DNA of 64,000 bases from Mobula hypostoma. Taxonomy: Eukaryota. Each line of letters starts with the position of its first letter. Position 1 is the stretch's first letter. The notes below the pieces were generated by a model. The model was not told the origin of the DNA and made no database searches. It saw only the letters and a program-made list of their open reading frames with translations. A program made the position numbers and the translations under genes. Positions 11,933-24,222 of this stretch are shown piece by piece. The stretch covers positions 11,346,001 to 11,410,000 of the forward strand of contig NC_086097.1 of assembly GCF_963921235.1 (NCBI RefSeq), in the 5' to 3' direction.

Positions 11933-14255
11933 ATATAATGAAATGTGTTGTTTGCATTAACAACCAATATAACGTAATGAAGTGCTGGGGGCAGCCACAC
12001 ATTCCAGTGCCAACATAACATGCCCATAATGTTCATCAGAACATCACAGAGCACAGCAAACAACAAAACAACAGCAGAAAAACAAGACCTGTTCAACCCA
12101 GACACATTAACTGTCCTCTAACCCATGGACAGGCCATCAGCAGTCTCCAGTGGACTCACGGGTTTGCAGACATTGGGCTTCACCTTTTTCCAGAGTACTG
12201 GCAGAAACTCGTAGACAAAGGGTCTGCGCATCGGGCCTCAACTTCCAAACTTCCGGACAACCTTGGGGCTTCAGTTTGTGGTATACTGCACACCTCAAGA
12301 CTCACCGATGAATACCAATGAGGACCCCGAACTCCAAGTTGAAGCTCCAGCTTCACTGATGATGCAACCCCAAACATACGGACTCAAAACTCTGGCCCCG
12401 TCAAATCACGTACCTAGGGAGGCACTATTGCTCATGTCTCCTGCCTGCACGATGGAACTCTGATCCTAGAACGTGCTGACGACTTGCTGACCTGGGGGTG
12501 GGGTGGGGTGTGTCACCAGTCCTTGTCCGCACTGGTCTGCCAGTCTGACATCCACGTGGCAGACCTTTGAACGTGGATAGTCGAGTGGAGGCCTAGACTA
12601 AAGCCTGATCACTAATTGCCACACAGACCTGATTCTAACCACTAATCTGACCCGTAACTCCCCTTTCCACTGTTCCCTCTGAACTGCACAGGTTACATGG
12701 CCATGCAGTAACTGAAAAGCTCCTGCACACAAAGCCTTTGTTGCCGCTCAGCTGGAGTTGAAAGTTTACGAAACATGAAAGGTTTTCTTTGCTGTACTGT
12801 ACGATGCCTGCATACAATGCTCCCACGGACAACATCCTCTGGATAGCTCACAACACTATTCATTTCACTTCTTTTATGTCTTTACATCTGACCTTTCATC
12901 TTGAATGTGTTTCTGGAACTGCTGGAGACTGCAATTTGCAGTTTGGAGATCATTCGGGTGATCCAGTGCTTTGCAATCTCCGAGAGGATCAGGGAGGCAG
13001 AGGTAGCCAGCCTGAGACTCGTGGCAAGCAGGCTGCGAGATGGGGCATGAGCCGATGCTTAACTCCATTTTGCCAGTTAAAGCTTCAATAGTTCACTGGC
13101 TAAAGTGACAAGGGAGATTGAAACTTCAAGATAAATGCAGAAGGTGAGTACTGGCTGCCTGACTTTTGATCACTTGTGGAATCGCTCTGCTGCAGAGAGG
13201 GGAGACTGCCTTCTGACTACTGGTGGGATCACTCTGCTGTTAGAGAGGGAAGCCTGTGCGGCCTGCCACTGTGCCTGGAGAATGTTACATAGGTTTTTCT
13301 GCATTTTGGATATGGATATGGACTTGTATTGTGGACTTTTTTCCCAGTCTTATATATTTTTTATATCCTGTGTTTTTCTCATTTTATTTGTGTGGCAGAG
13401 GGGATTTGGGGGTCGATAGTCCTGTTCCGTCATATTTTTTGTGCAGGGGAGGGGGGATTTCAGGGGGTATTGGTAATCATGTTGCTGTCCTTTTCTTTCT
13501 TGACTTCATGGCTATCTGGAGAAGAATAATTTCAGAGTTGTATACTTTGATAATAAATTAACCGTAGACCTTTGACTTTTTATTTCGTTATACTCTTCAA
13601 TTATTAAGTACAATCAAAAGTATGTGATTTTAAATAGAATAAATACTGGAAACAGTTAGTAGTCCAGTTAGTATCTATAGAGAGGAAAATAGAGTTGACA
13701 TCTTAGGGTGACTCCAGTAAAAAATTATGGCGACTGAATTTCCAAACCGCAAAAGAAATTGATATACTGGCAAAGTAATTCTAACCTTCAGGAACTGCAC
13801 ATAAAGTGACCTCTTAAATCAGTTGTCCACCTCAGGGACATGTACTCATGGAGGTCCTCCAGCACTTACAGTACATTGTGGCAACTATTTATCACAGCAG
13901 ATGGATCACTGGTTGTCTTCCCCCTCATGACCCCATTAACATAAGCTTTGAAGGAGATTGATGTTTTTTCTTTGAAAAATATCAGGATCAGATTTTTTCA
14001 CCAAACTTTTAGTAAGCTGCCTCAAATAACCCATTTCACTATATTTTGCTCAGATCTGCTTTAGGTGCAAACATAATTCAGAGGAAAGTTCAGGCCATAA
14101 TATGCTGATTTGGGCCTGTGGGCATATGAAGCACAGTAAGTGCCAGCAGCAATATACTGTTTACTTTTTAACTTGTAAATGCACCTTATTATTTGTAGTA
14201 ATATTACATTATGCGTTGTGTGTGAGAGTTATATATACCAAAACTATATATGTTA

Positions 14256-16061
14256 CAGGTTTCCCCCGCCATCCAAAGGTAGAGTGTCCCTATGAAACGG
14301 TTCGTAAGCTGGAATGTCGTAAAGCGAAGAAGCAATTACCATTATTTATATGGGAAAAATTTGTGAGCGTTCGCAGACCCAAAAATAACCTACCAAATCA
14401 TGCCATATAACACATACAACCTAAAATAACAGTAACATATAGTAAAAGCAGGATTGATATGATGAATACACAGCCTATATAAAGTAGAAATACTTTTCCA
14501 CAATCATTGCCGCACTGTTCTCCGTAGCGAAAATCTCACGCAAGTGCTCTCGGCAGAAACACGGCACAAGCGCTCTCCAGTAACCTTTAAGCTATGAAGC
14601 TGCCAAATCATACCAAATAACATGTAAAAATACACAGCCTATATAAAGTAGAAATAATGTATGTACAGTGTAGTATCACTTACCGGAATCAGGAAGACAT
14701 CGAGCACACTGATGATGGTGTGTTAGGCTGAGTCGTTGGAGGTTGGGGTGCTGCAGTGGTCCCCACCCTCCGGGCAGCGAGCCGATACCGATCCGTGAAG
14801 CATGCAGGGGTACAGCGGTAGCTGGAACGCACTCAGCACATCTTTAAGAAAAAAGCCGAAACAAACAAGCTAATTAATTAGGTAACACACATAAAAGTTG
14901 CTGGTGAACGCAGCAGGCCAGGCAGCATCTATAGGAAGAGGCGCAGTCGACGTTTCAGGCCAAGACCCTTCTGAAACGTCGACTGCGCCTCTTCCTATAG
15001 ATGCTGCCTGGCCTGCTGCATTCACCAGCAACTTTTATGTGTGTTGCTTGAATTTCCAGCATCTGCAGAATTCCTGTTGTTTGTAATTAATTAGGTGCCG
15101 CCCAGCACATGAATGTCAGCCCAGATCAGAGGCGACGCAATCGGCAATCGTCTCTGATCTGGGCCAACATTTGCGTGCCGGGCGGCACCTAATTAATTAG
15201 CTTGTTTATTTCGGCTTTTTCCTTAAAGATGTGCTGGTGCGTTCCAGCCACCGCTGCATTCTTCGCAGATCAGTATCTGTCCGCGGCCCGGGGTCTGGGG
15301 TGGTGGGACACTGGGATGTCATCTCATCGTCGATCAGGGCAGGCAGGTCTCTTCTTCTATGTCTGTCTGCCTCGATGTCGAAGGTCGAGGTTCGTCGTCT
15401 GCTGTGGCTGATGTAGAAGTCTTGCTCGACTGCTTAGCCTCGCACATTTTTAGATCATACAGTTCTTTGTAAGCACTCAAACCATCTTGCAAATATGCCC
15501 TAAACTGAAATACCCTTTCAAAATTAAAGTCGTACTTTATCATTGCAGCGAAAATCTCACGCAGTTGCTTCACATTCAGTTCCTGGACGACTTCACTTTC
15601 GGTCCGTTCGCTTCTGCATTCGGTTTCAATTGTTATCCCTTCCTCTTCCAATTGCATCAGCTCTTCATCTATCAGTTCTTGGTCATGAGATGCCAAAACC
15701 TCTTCAACATCATCTTCGTTAACTTCCACAAGCAAAACTCACCTTGTCCTTGCTTCGTTCACCACGATCGAAACGCTTAATTATGTCTAGTTTTACGCTA
15801 AGTGTAACACACTTACGAGCTCTTTTAGGCTTTTCCGATACCTTAGAACTAATCTTGCTAACGCTGCTCACAGGCACGTGTTTAAGCAATGCCAACTAGA
15901 ATGCCGTTCCGAATCCAGGGGGAAAGCAGCTGCTCTTTTGTGTGCCGCTTTTTTTCATAACAGTGAAAACTCCTTCGGTTAGCGAAAACAGGTAACTAAT
16001 GTAGGTCTTTCATAACAGTGAGGTTTCGCAAAGCGAAGGTTTGAAAAGCGGGAGACACCTG
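14256..16061 (-). mobile_element. Internally deleted Tigger/pogo DNA transposon
   Basis: TA|CAGGTTTCCCCCGC ... GCGGGAGACACCTG|TA TIRs. The minus strand encodes a CENP-B/psq-like N-terminus (PKRARKCVTLSVKLDIIKRFDRGER) followed almost immediately by the Tigger C-terminus (DDVEEVLASHDQELIDEELMQL..YKELY); no DDE domain. Confidence 0.85.
14884..15083. mobile_element. Fold-back PLE-terminus insertion (75-bp inverted arms)
   Basis: Arms 14884-14958 and 14971-15045 (1 mismatch) with a 12-nt loop; 13-bp TSD taattaattaggt at 14871-14883 and 15084-15096. Confidence 0.85.
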
Positions 16062-16225
16062 TATGTATGTATGTATGTATATATATATATCATAACAACT
16101 ACATACTCTGTTGTGCACATTGCTTCAGAGGAATGTTGTTTCATTTGATAGTAAACAAATGTACAGTTGAATGAGAATAAAGTGAACTTGAATTTAAACT
16201 TGAGCATTGCAGAAAAAAAACTTAC

Positions 16226-16271
16226 CCTTCAGATCTAAACATTTGATCCTGTGCTGTATCTCTGTGATTTC
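16226..16271 (-). CDS. PPP1R37: Preceding coding exon of the PPP1R37-like gene, 46 nt: EITEIQHRIKCLDLK(G)
   Basis: Acceptor ttttgtttcatctccag| and donor |gtaag. The phase-1 end joins the 7730 exon to form a GGG (Gly) codon. Matches human EFTDLGHRLDCLDLKG. Confidence 0.9.
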
Positions 16272-16334
16272 CTGGAGATGAAACAAAAGATATGATAGTT
16301 TATATAACTAATATAAAGGTAATCTTATATCAAT

Positions 16335-16645
16335 GTAACAAAATGTCGGGGAAACTCTGCAGGTCAGGTGGCATCTACAGAAACACTCACACCACGCTGG
16401 AGGAACTCAGCAGGCCGGGCAGCATCTGTGGAAAAGATCGGTCGACGTTTCGGGCCGGAACCCTTCGTCAGGACTCATCTATAGAAAGAATTAAAGAGTT
16501 GACATTTCGGGCCAAGAAGAAGAGTCTCAGCTTAAAACGTTGACTGTTTATTCCTTTCTATAGATGTTGCCTGAATGGCTGATTTCCTCCAGCATTTTGT
16601 ATGTGTGTTGCTCTGGATTTCCAGCATCTGCAGAATCTCTTGTGC
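16335..16645. mobile_element. Old fold-back PLE terminus with a younger PLE terminus (~16384-16475) nested in it
   Basis: catcta(c/t)agaaa is repeated at both junctions of the young insert; the older element has inverted arms. Confidence 0.65.
16440..16475 (-). ncRNA. Minimal type-I hammerhead ribozyme motif
   Basis: AGUC-CUGACGA-A-GGGU(UCCG)GCCC-GAAA-CG-UC|GACC on the minus strand. Confidence 0.65.
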
Positions 16646-17084
16646 TTAGAACTTCCATCTTCCATCAATATCATCTTGGAAGAGTTAGCAGCATTGCTGT
16701 CTTTCAGACAGAGGTTGTGTGCACTATTTCATGAGCTGGGATGCCGGAATTCTGAAATATAATCTGAAAACAGGAACATTTATCAACTATGACAAGGACT
16801 ATTGAAAATTGATTTAATAACCAAAGATAGAAATGGTCCCCATGATCTTTGATATCATATACCAGTGTTACAGGAACTGGTTCGACTTAGAAATTCCTCT
16901 CCACGGATCTCTGCTGATCCATACATTCTTCTTTATACCCAAATTTTCCACTTATGTTTTCAGTTTTCCACTCTAATGAAGTTTTTTTTACTGGAATGTA
17001 ATAATCTCATTCTCAACTAACTCTGTGTAATCTGCTTTAAAAATTAATCTATTTATTTATTTTTGGTATGTATTATGTATGTAT

Positions 17085-17397
17085 TTACTTCATTAGAGAT
17101 AAAGCACGAAACAGGCCCTTCCAGCCAAATGAACCGTTGCCACCCAGCAACCCACCTATTTAATCCTAGCCTAATCACAGGACAATTTACAGCAACAAGA
17201 CAATTTACAATGGCCAATTAACCTACTAACCAGTACACCTTTGGACTGTGGGAGGAAACCAGAGCACCGGAAGAAGCCTATGCGGTCATGGGGAAAATGT
17301 ACACACTCCTTACTGACTGCATTGGGATTGAATTTCGAACTCCAGAACCTCTGAGCTGTAATAGCACCTCACTAGCCACTGTACCACTGTGGCGTCC
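17085..17397 (-). mobile_element. HE1/V-SINE-like SINE
   Basis: V-core in reverse (ttggactgtgggaggaaaccagagcacc). Confidence 0.7.
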
Positions 17398-17974
17398 GCT
17401 TGTCTGTGCCAAATTCTGTGCTAACTTGTCAAATACAACACTACTGAAGTTAAAATTTTCTCCATTGCACTGAGAAACTCATTAGTGTTCCATCCTGTAA
17501 AGCTATGTGCTAAATCATACTGACTCTGTCATCTGCTTCTCCCACCCGGTACTACACTCACATTCCTACACACCTGCATTTACTTGGGCCTGATTCAGAT
17601 GGCCATTCTCAACGGCAAGTCACATCCTGAATGTAGCAGTGAGAACCAGACGATGACAGGGCTATAAAAGGCACAGTCAGTAGAACCTGCACCCGAACAT
17701 CCCTGACAGGAGGGAAACTCTGTCTTCAGTCATTCATAAGCAATTGAAAAGTATGAAAATTTAAGTAAACATATATATTTTTTTTTAAGAGTGAAATAAA
17801 ATAACGAAAACTCTTCAAAATAATTTGGTCCTCAGTCCAGGTGAAGAGTCTCAACCAAAAAAGTTGACTGTCCATTTCCCTCCATAGATGCTGCCTGCCC
17901 ACAGTGTTCCTTCAGTGCTTTGTGTGTCAACCCAGATTCCAGCATCTGCAATCTCTTCTGTCTCAAAATAATTC

Positions 17975-20900
17975 AAACCATAAGACCATAAGACCAGAAA
18001 ACATAGGAGGGAATTAGGCCATTCAGCCCATCGAGTCTGCCCCACTATTTGATCATGGCTGATCTATTTCCTTCTCAGCCCCATTCTCCTGCCTTTTCTC
18101 CATAACCTTTCAAGTTCTGACATAACAAAAATCTTTCAACCTCTACCTTAAATACACTCAATGATTTGGCCTCCACAACCACGTATGTCAACAAATTCCA
18201 AGATTCACCAACATCTGGCTCAAAAAATTACTCCTCCTATCTGTTCTAAATGGACGCCCTTCTATTCTGATATTGTACCCTCTGGTCCTAGACTCCCCCA
18301 CTATAGGAAGCAATCTAGCCACATCCACTCTATCTAGGCCTTTCAACATTCAATAAATTTCAATGAGATTCCCCCACTCATACTTCTAAATTCTAGCGAG
18401 TACAACCTCAAAGCCATCAAACGTGCCTCATACAATAACCCTTTCTTTTCTGGAATCATTCTTGTGAACCTCCTCTGAACCCTCTCCAATGCCATCACAT
18501 CCTTTCTTAGATATGAGCGATGACTGATAAGTTTGTGGCCTGGGGTAGAAGGAGTCAATTTTAGAAAACCTAGCACATTTATTTTTCGACATAGTCCCCT
18601 CCTACATTTATACACTTCGTCCAGCGGTCGTGGAGCATACGGATCTTGGACCTCCAGAAAGTGTCCACAGCAGGGGTGATTGATAAGTTTGTGGCCTAAG
18701 GTAGAAGGAGGTGAGTTATACAGCTCTTGTTACATGCACGTGCAGTTCAACTCCTTGGGTAATTATGCAGAAAGTTTGAAGTTAATAACTCATCTCCTTC
18801 TACCTTAGGCCACAAACTTATCAATTGCCCCTCGTAACAGGCCCAAAACTGCTCACAATACTCCAAGTGAGGTCTCACCAGTGCCTTATAAAGGCTCAAG
18901 ATTACATCCTTGCTTTTATATTCTAGTCATCTTAAAATTAATGCTAACATTGCATTTGTCTTCCACACCAATGAGTCAACCTGCAAGTTAACCTTTAGGG
19001 AATCTTGCACAAGGACTCCCAAGTCCCATTGTACCTTGATCTTTTGCATTTTCTCCCCGTTTAGAAAATTGTCTATGCTTCTACCAAAGTACATGACCAT
19101 ACACTTCCTGACACTGTATTTCATCTGTAACTTCTTTGTCCATTCTTCTCAGCTGTCTAAGTCCTTCTGCAGCCACCGTGCTTCCTCAGCACAAACGGTC
19201 CCTCCACCTGTCTTCATATCATCCACAAATGTGGCTACAAAGCTATCAATTCCATCATACAAATCATTGATATATAACATAAAAAGAAACAGTGCCAACA
19301 TAGATCCCTGCAGAACACCACTGGTAGCCAATTAGAAAAGATTCCCTTTATTCCCACTCTTTGCCTCGTGCCAATCAGCCAATGTTCTATCCATTCTAGT
19401 GTCTTTCATCAAATACCATGGGTTCTTATCTTGTTAAGCAGCTTCATGTGCAGCAGCTTGTCGAAGACTTTCTGAAAATCCAAGTACACAACATCCACTG
19501 ATTCTCCTTTGTCTATCTTGTGTGTTATTTCCTCAAAGAATTTCAACAGATTTTTCAGGCAAGATTTTCCCTTAAGGAAGCCATGCTGACTTGGCCTATT
19601 TTACCAGGTTCCCCTAAGTACCCCAAAACCTCATCCTTAACAATAAACTCCAACATCTTCCCAACCATTAAGATCAAGCTAACTGGCCTATAATTTCCTT
19701 TTTTCTGTCTCCCTTCCTTCTTTTAGAATGGAGTGATGTCTGCAATTTTCCAGTCTTCTCTGCAGTCTTCCTAATTTCTCCACGTTGTCTTCAGCTAACT
19801 GGGGTGTAGCCCATCTGGTCCAGGAGATTTATCAACCTTCAGACCTTTCAGCTTCCCAAGCAAATTCTCCCTAGTAATAGCAACTGCAATCATTTCTGTC
19901 CCCTGACACTCTTGAACTTCTGGCATATTGCTTGTGTCTTCCACAGTGAAGGCTAAATGCAAAATACTTATTCATTTAGTCCACCATTTCCTTGTCTCCC
20001 GTTACTAACCCTCCAGTGTCATTTTCTTGTGGTCCGATACTCTCACCTCTCCCTTACTCCTTATACATCTCAAAAATCTTTCCGTATCCTCTCTGAAATT
20101 ATTAGTTAGTTTACCTTCTTATTTCATCATTTCCCACCATAAGGCTTTTTTAGGTTTTCCTTCTGTTAGTTTTTAAAATCTTCCCAATGCTCCAACTTCC
20201 CTCTAATTTTTCTTCTATTACATGGCCTCTCTTTGGCTTTGACTTTCCTTGTCAGCCATAGCTGTGTCATCCTGCCTTTAGAATACTTCTTCTTTGGGAT
20301 GTATATATCCTGTGACTTTCAAATTGCCAAAAGAAACTCCAGCCAGTACTGTTCTGCCATCATCTCTGTTACTGTCCCCTTTCAATCAACTTTAGCCAGC
20401 TCCTCTCTCATGCCTCTGTAATTTTCTTTATTCTACTGTAATACTGACACATTTGACCTTAGCTTCTCCCTCTCAAAATGCAGGGTGAATTCTATTATAT
20501 TACCGTCCCTTGTTTCTTTACCTTAAGCTCTCTAATCAAATCCGGTTTATTACACAACACCCAATGCAGAATAGCTGTTCCCCTCGTGGGCTCAACCACA
20601 AAAAAACCATCTTAGAGGCATTCTACAAATTCTCTTGGGATCCAAAATCAGCATCAACCTGATTTCCTCAATCTACCTGCGTATTGAAATGCCCCATGAC
20701 TAGGTACATTGTCCTTTTGACATGCATATTCTATCTCTCATTGTAATTTGTAGCCAACATCCTGGCGACTGTTCAGAACCCTGTATATAACTCTAATCAG
20801 GGTCTTTTTACCCTTGCAGTTCCTTAACTCCACCCATGGGATTCTGCATCTTCCAACTCTATGTCACCTCTTTCTAAGGATTTGATTCCATATCTCGGCC

Positions 20901-21055
20901 TCCCGCCCTGCCAACCCATCTGTCCTTTTGATACAATATATATCCTTGGATGTTAAGCTCTCAACGATAATTGTCTTTCAGCTATGACTCAGTGTTGCCC
21001 ACAATATCATACCAGCCAAGCTCTAACTGAAGTACAAGATCATCTACTTTATTAA
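17975..21055 (-). mobile_element. Long degenerate CR1 LINE (~3 kb: endonuclease region, RT, 3' UTR)
   Basis: Fragments TSGVLQGSMLAL.LFMLYINDL..FVDDMK and LERVQRRFTRMIP; tail (accataag)n at 17977; many frameshifts. Confidence 0.85.
18514..18834 (-). mobile_element. Non-autonomous mariner element inserted in CR1
   Basis: TA TSD and TIR ~CGAGGGG..TTGATAAGTTTGTGGCCTAAGGTAGAAGGAG; the minus strand encodes the mariner transposase end RWTKCINVGGDYVEK*. Confidence 0.8.
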
Positions 21056-21154
21056 TGTAAAACAAAATCATCTCAGTCTAAACTGGTGCTGGATACCAGT
21101 GCTAAATCACTCATTTAAACCTTAGTGAAGTCTAGTCTTGACCAGAGTGCTTTC

Positions 21155-22770
21155 AGAATCAGAATCAGAATCAGGTTTATTATCACTGGCATGTGATGTG
21201 AAATTTGTTAACTTAGCAGCAGCAGCTCAATGCAATACATAATCTAGCAGAGAGAGAGAAAAAAATAAAGAAAAAAAATAATAACAATAATAAATAAACA
21301 AGTAAATCAATTACGTATATTGAATAGATTAAAAAAACATGCAAAAACAGAAATACTGTATATTAAAAATAAAGTGAGGCAGTGTCCAAAGATTCAATGT
21401 CCATTTAGGAATCGGATGGCAGAGGGGAAGAATCTGTCCCTGAATCACTGAGTGTTTGCCTTCAGGCTTCTGTACCTCCTCTCTGATGGTAACAGTGAGA
21501 AAAGGGCATGCCCTGGGTGCTGGGGGATCCTTAATAATGGATGCTACCTTTCTGAGACACCGCTCCCAAAAGATGTCTTGGGTACTTTGTAGGCTAGTAC
21601 CCAAGATGGAGCTAACTAGATTTATAACCTTCTGCAGCTTCTTTCGGTCCTGTGCAGTAGCCCCTCCATACCAGACAGTGATGCAGCCTGTCAGAATGCT
21701 TTCCACGGTACAACTATAGAAGTTTTTGAGTGTATTTGTTGACATGACAAATGTCTTCAAACTCCTAATAAAGTATAGCCACTGTCTTGTTTGCTTTGTA
21801 AATACATCGATATGTTGGGATCAGGTTAGATCCTCAGAGATCTTGACACCCAGGAACTTGAAGCTGCTCACTCTCTCCACTTCTGATCCTTCTATGAGGA
21901 TTGGTATGTGTTTCTTTGTCTTACCCTTCCTGAAGTCCACAGTCAGCTCTTTCATCTTACTGATGTTGAGTGCCAGGTTGTTGCTGCAGCACCACTCCAC
22001 TAGTTGGCATATCTCACTCCTGTACGCCCCCTTGACACCACCTGAGACTCTACCAACAATGGTTGTATCGTCAGCAAATTTATAGATGGTATTTGAGCGA
22101 TGCCTAGCCACACAGTCGTGTGTATACAGAGAGAAGAGCAGTGGGCTAAGCACACACCCCTGAGGTGCGCCAGAGTTGATCATCAGTGAGGAGGATATGC
22201 TATCACTAATCCGCACAGATTGTGGTCTTCCCATTAGGAGGTTGAGGATCCAATTGCAGAGGGAGGTACAGAGGCCCAGGTTCTGCAACTTCTCAATCAG
22301 GATTGTGGGAATGATGGTATTAAATGCTGAGCTATAGCTGATGAACAGTATCCTGACATAGGTGTTTGTGTTGTCCAGGTGGTCTAAAGCCATGTGGAGA
22401 GTCATTGAGATTGTGTCTGCCATTGACTTATTGTGGCAATAGGCAAATTGCAATGGGTCCAGGTCCTTGCTAAGGCAGGAGTTCTGTCTAGTTATAACCA
22501 ACCTCTCAAAGCATTTCATCACTGTCGATGTGAGTGCTATTGGGTGATAGTCATTAAGGCAGCTCACATTATTCTTCTTAGGCACTGGTATAATTGGGCA
22601 CTGGTATAATTGTTGCCTTTTTGAAACAAGTGGGAACATCCACCCATAGCAGTGAGAGGTTGAAAATGTCCTTGAATACTCCCTCTAGTTGGTTGGTACA
22701 GGTTTTCAGAGCTTTACCAGGTACTCCATCAGGACATTCCGCCTTGCAAGGGTTCACTCTCCTTCCACTG
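21155..22770 (-). mobile_element. Rex1/Babar LINE, 5'-truncated
   Basis: ORF 21821-22639 has RT motifs ([39 protein letters not shown]); (gattct)n tail. Confidence 0.9.
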
Positions 22771-23199
22771 ATAAGGAGGACAAATTGATGGATTTGAACC
22801 TCATCCCACACACTCCAGTATCCTCCATCATCGACTCCTAACAAGTCTATCGGTAAGGCATTGTATGCCACAGCATACTCGTGAATATTGTTATTCTCAT
22901 ACTCGTGAAGTATTGTGAGCAGTTTTGGCCCCTTATCCAAGAAAAGATATGCTGACGTCTGCTGTCTGTTAGGCATTTGTACTTTCTCCCTGTGACCATG
23001 TGGGTTTCCTCCAGGTGCCTATTTATTCATAAGCTTATCCTGAAGTCCCTTGAATACCACCATTGCGTCTCCGCTTCCACACCTATTCTTTGCAGCGTTT
23101 CAAAGCACTTACTATTCTCTTTGTAAAAGCGCTGCCTGGAACATCCCTTTCAAACTTTCTCCCTCTCTCCTTAAAGCTGTGCCCTCAAACATTCAACAT

Positions 23200-23710
23200 T
23201 GGGGAGGCATGGTAGTGTAAAAGTTAAAATAACATTACTGCAGTACCAGTGACTTGGGTTCAATTCCTGCCACTGTCTGTAAGGAGTTTGTACGTTCTCC
23301 TCGTGATCACGTGGGTTTCCTCCAGGTGATCCAGTTTCTTCCCACTTCTCAAAGATGTATGGGTTAGTAGGGTTAATAATAAAAAAGTAAATAAATAATA
23401 CACAGAAAATGAGTTGTTGAGTGCTTGATTTTTTAAAATTTTAGTAATACAGTGCAGAGTAGGTTTTTCCGATCCTTCTGCTAAGCTGCTCCATCAACCC
23501 TAAAACCCTGCTAACCCTAACTTAATCACAGGACAATTTACAATCACCAATTAACCTACTCGGTTTGTCTTTGAACTGTGGGAGGAAGCCAGAGCACAGG
23601 GGAAAATCCATGCGTTTTACAGGGAGAACATACAGAGACCCCTTACAGAATTGCACCAGAACTGAACGCTGGAATGTCCTGTGCTTTAATATTATGGTGC
23701 CAACCACTAT
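23200..23710. mobile_element. Two HE1/V-SINE-like copies in opposite orientation (~23200-23375 +, ~23440-23710 -)
   Basis: V-core present in both orientations. Confidence 0.65.
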
Positions 23711-23999
23711 GAAGGAAGTTTATTGGTCCATGTAAATGTTCTTAACAATAGGGTGTATCCACCATGTTTTGTAGACTTTTCCATTCCTGGCCATTGGTGT
23801 TTCCATTCCAGGCTATGGTGCAACCAGTCAGAATACTCTCCACTGTGCATCCATAGAAGTTTGTCAAAGTTTTAGATGACATGCCAAATCTACGCAAACG
23901 TCTAACAATCTCTGACAATCAGGTACTTTTAAAGACAGTTCTGACAGTTTTGAATAATTTAAAAAATAACAATTACCAAACAAAAGAAGAAGAATTTTA

Positions 24000-24222
24000 A
24001 ACAAGAGAAAATTTGCAGATGGTGGAAATCCAAGCAACATGCACAAAATGCTGAAAGAACTCAGCAGGTCAGGCACTATCTATGGAAAAGAATACAAGCT
24101 GGCATTTCAGGCCAAGACCCTTCATCAGAACTGAATGAGGGTCTTGGCTCAAAACATCGACTGTACGCTTTTTCCATAGATGTTGCCTGGCCTGCTAATT
24201 TCCTCCAGCATTTTGTGTGTTT
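24000..24222. mobile_element. Fold-back PLE terminus (degenerate)
   Basis: Inverted copies of the PLE terminus centred on ~24130. Confidence 0.65.

Noticed and set aside
16895..16912. RDPWRG resembling PPP1R37 KDPWRH
   Set aside because: No upstream KRVTF context, no donor site, and a stop follows; coincidence.
17520..17680. 53-nt ag/gt-bounded segment ending ATG CAG (minus strand) and a TATAAAAG on the plus strand
   Set aside because: Weak donor (gtgtgt), in-frame stops, and no supporting context.
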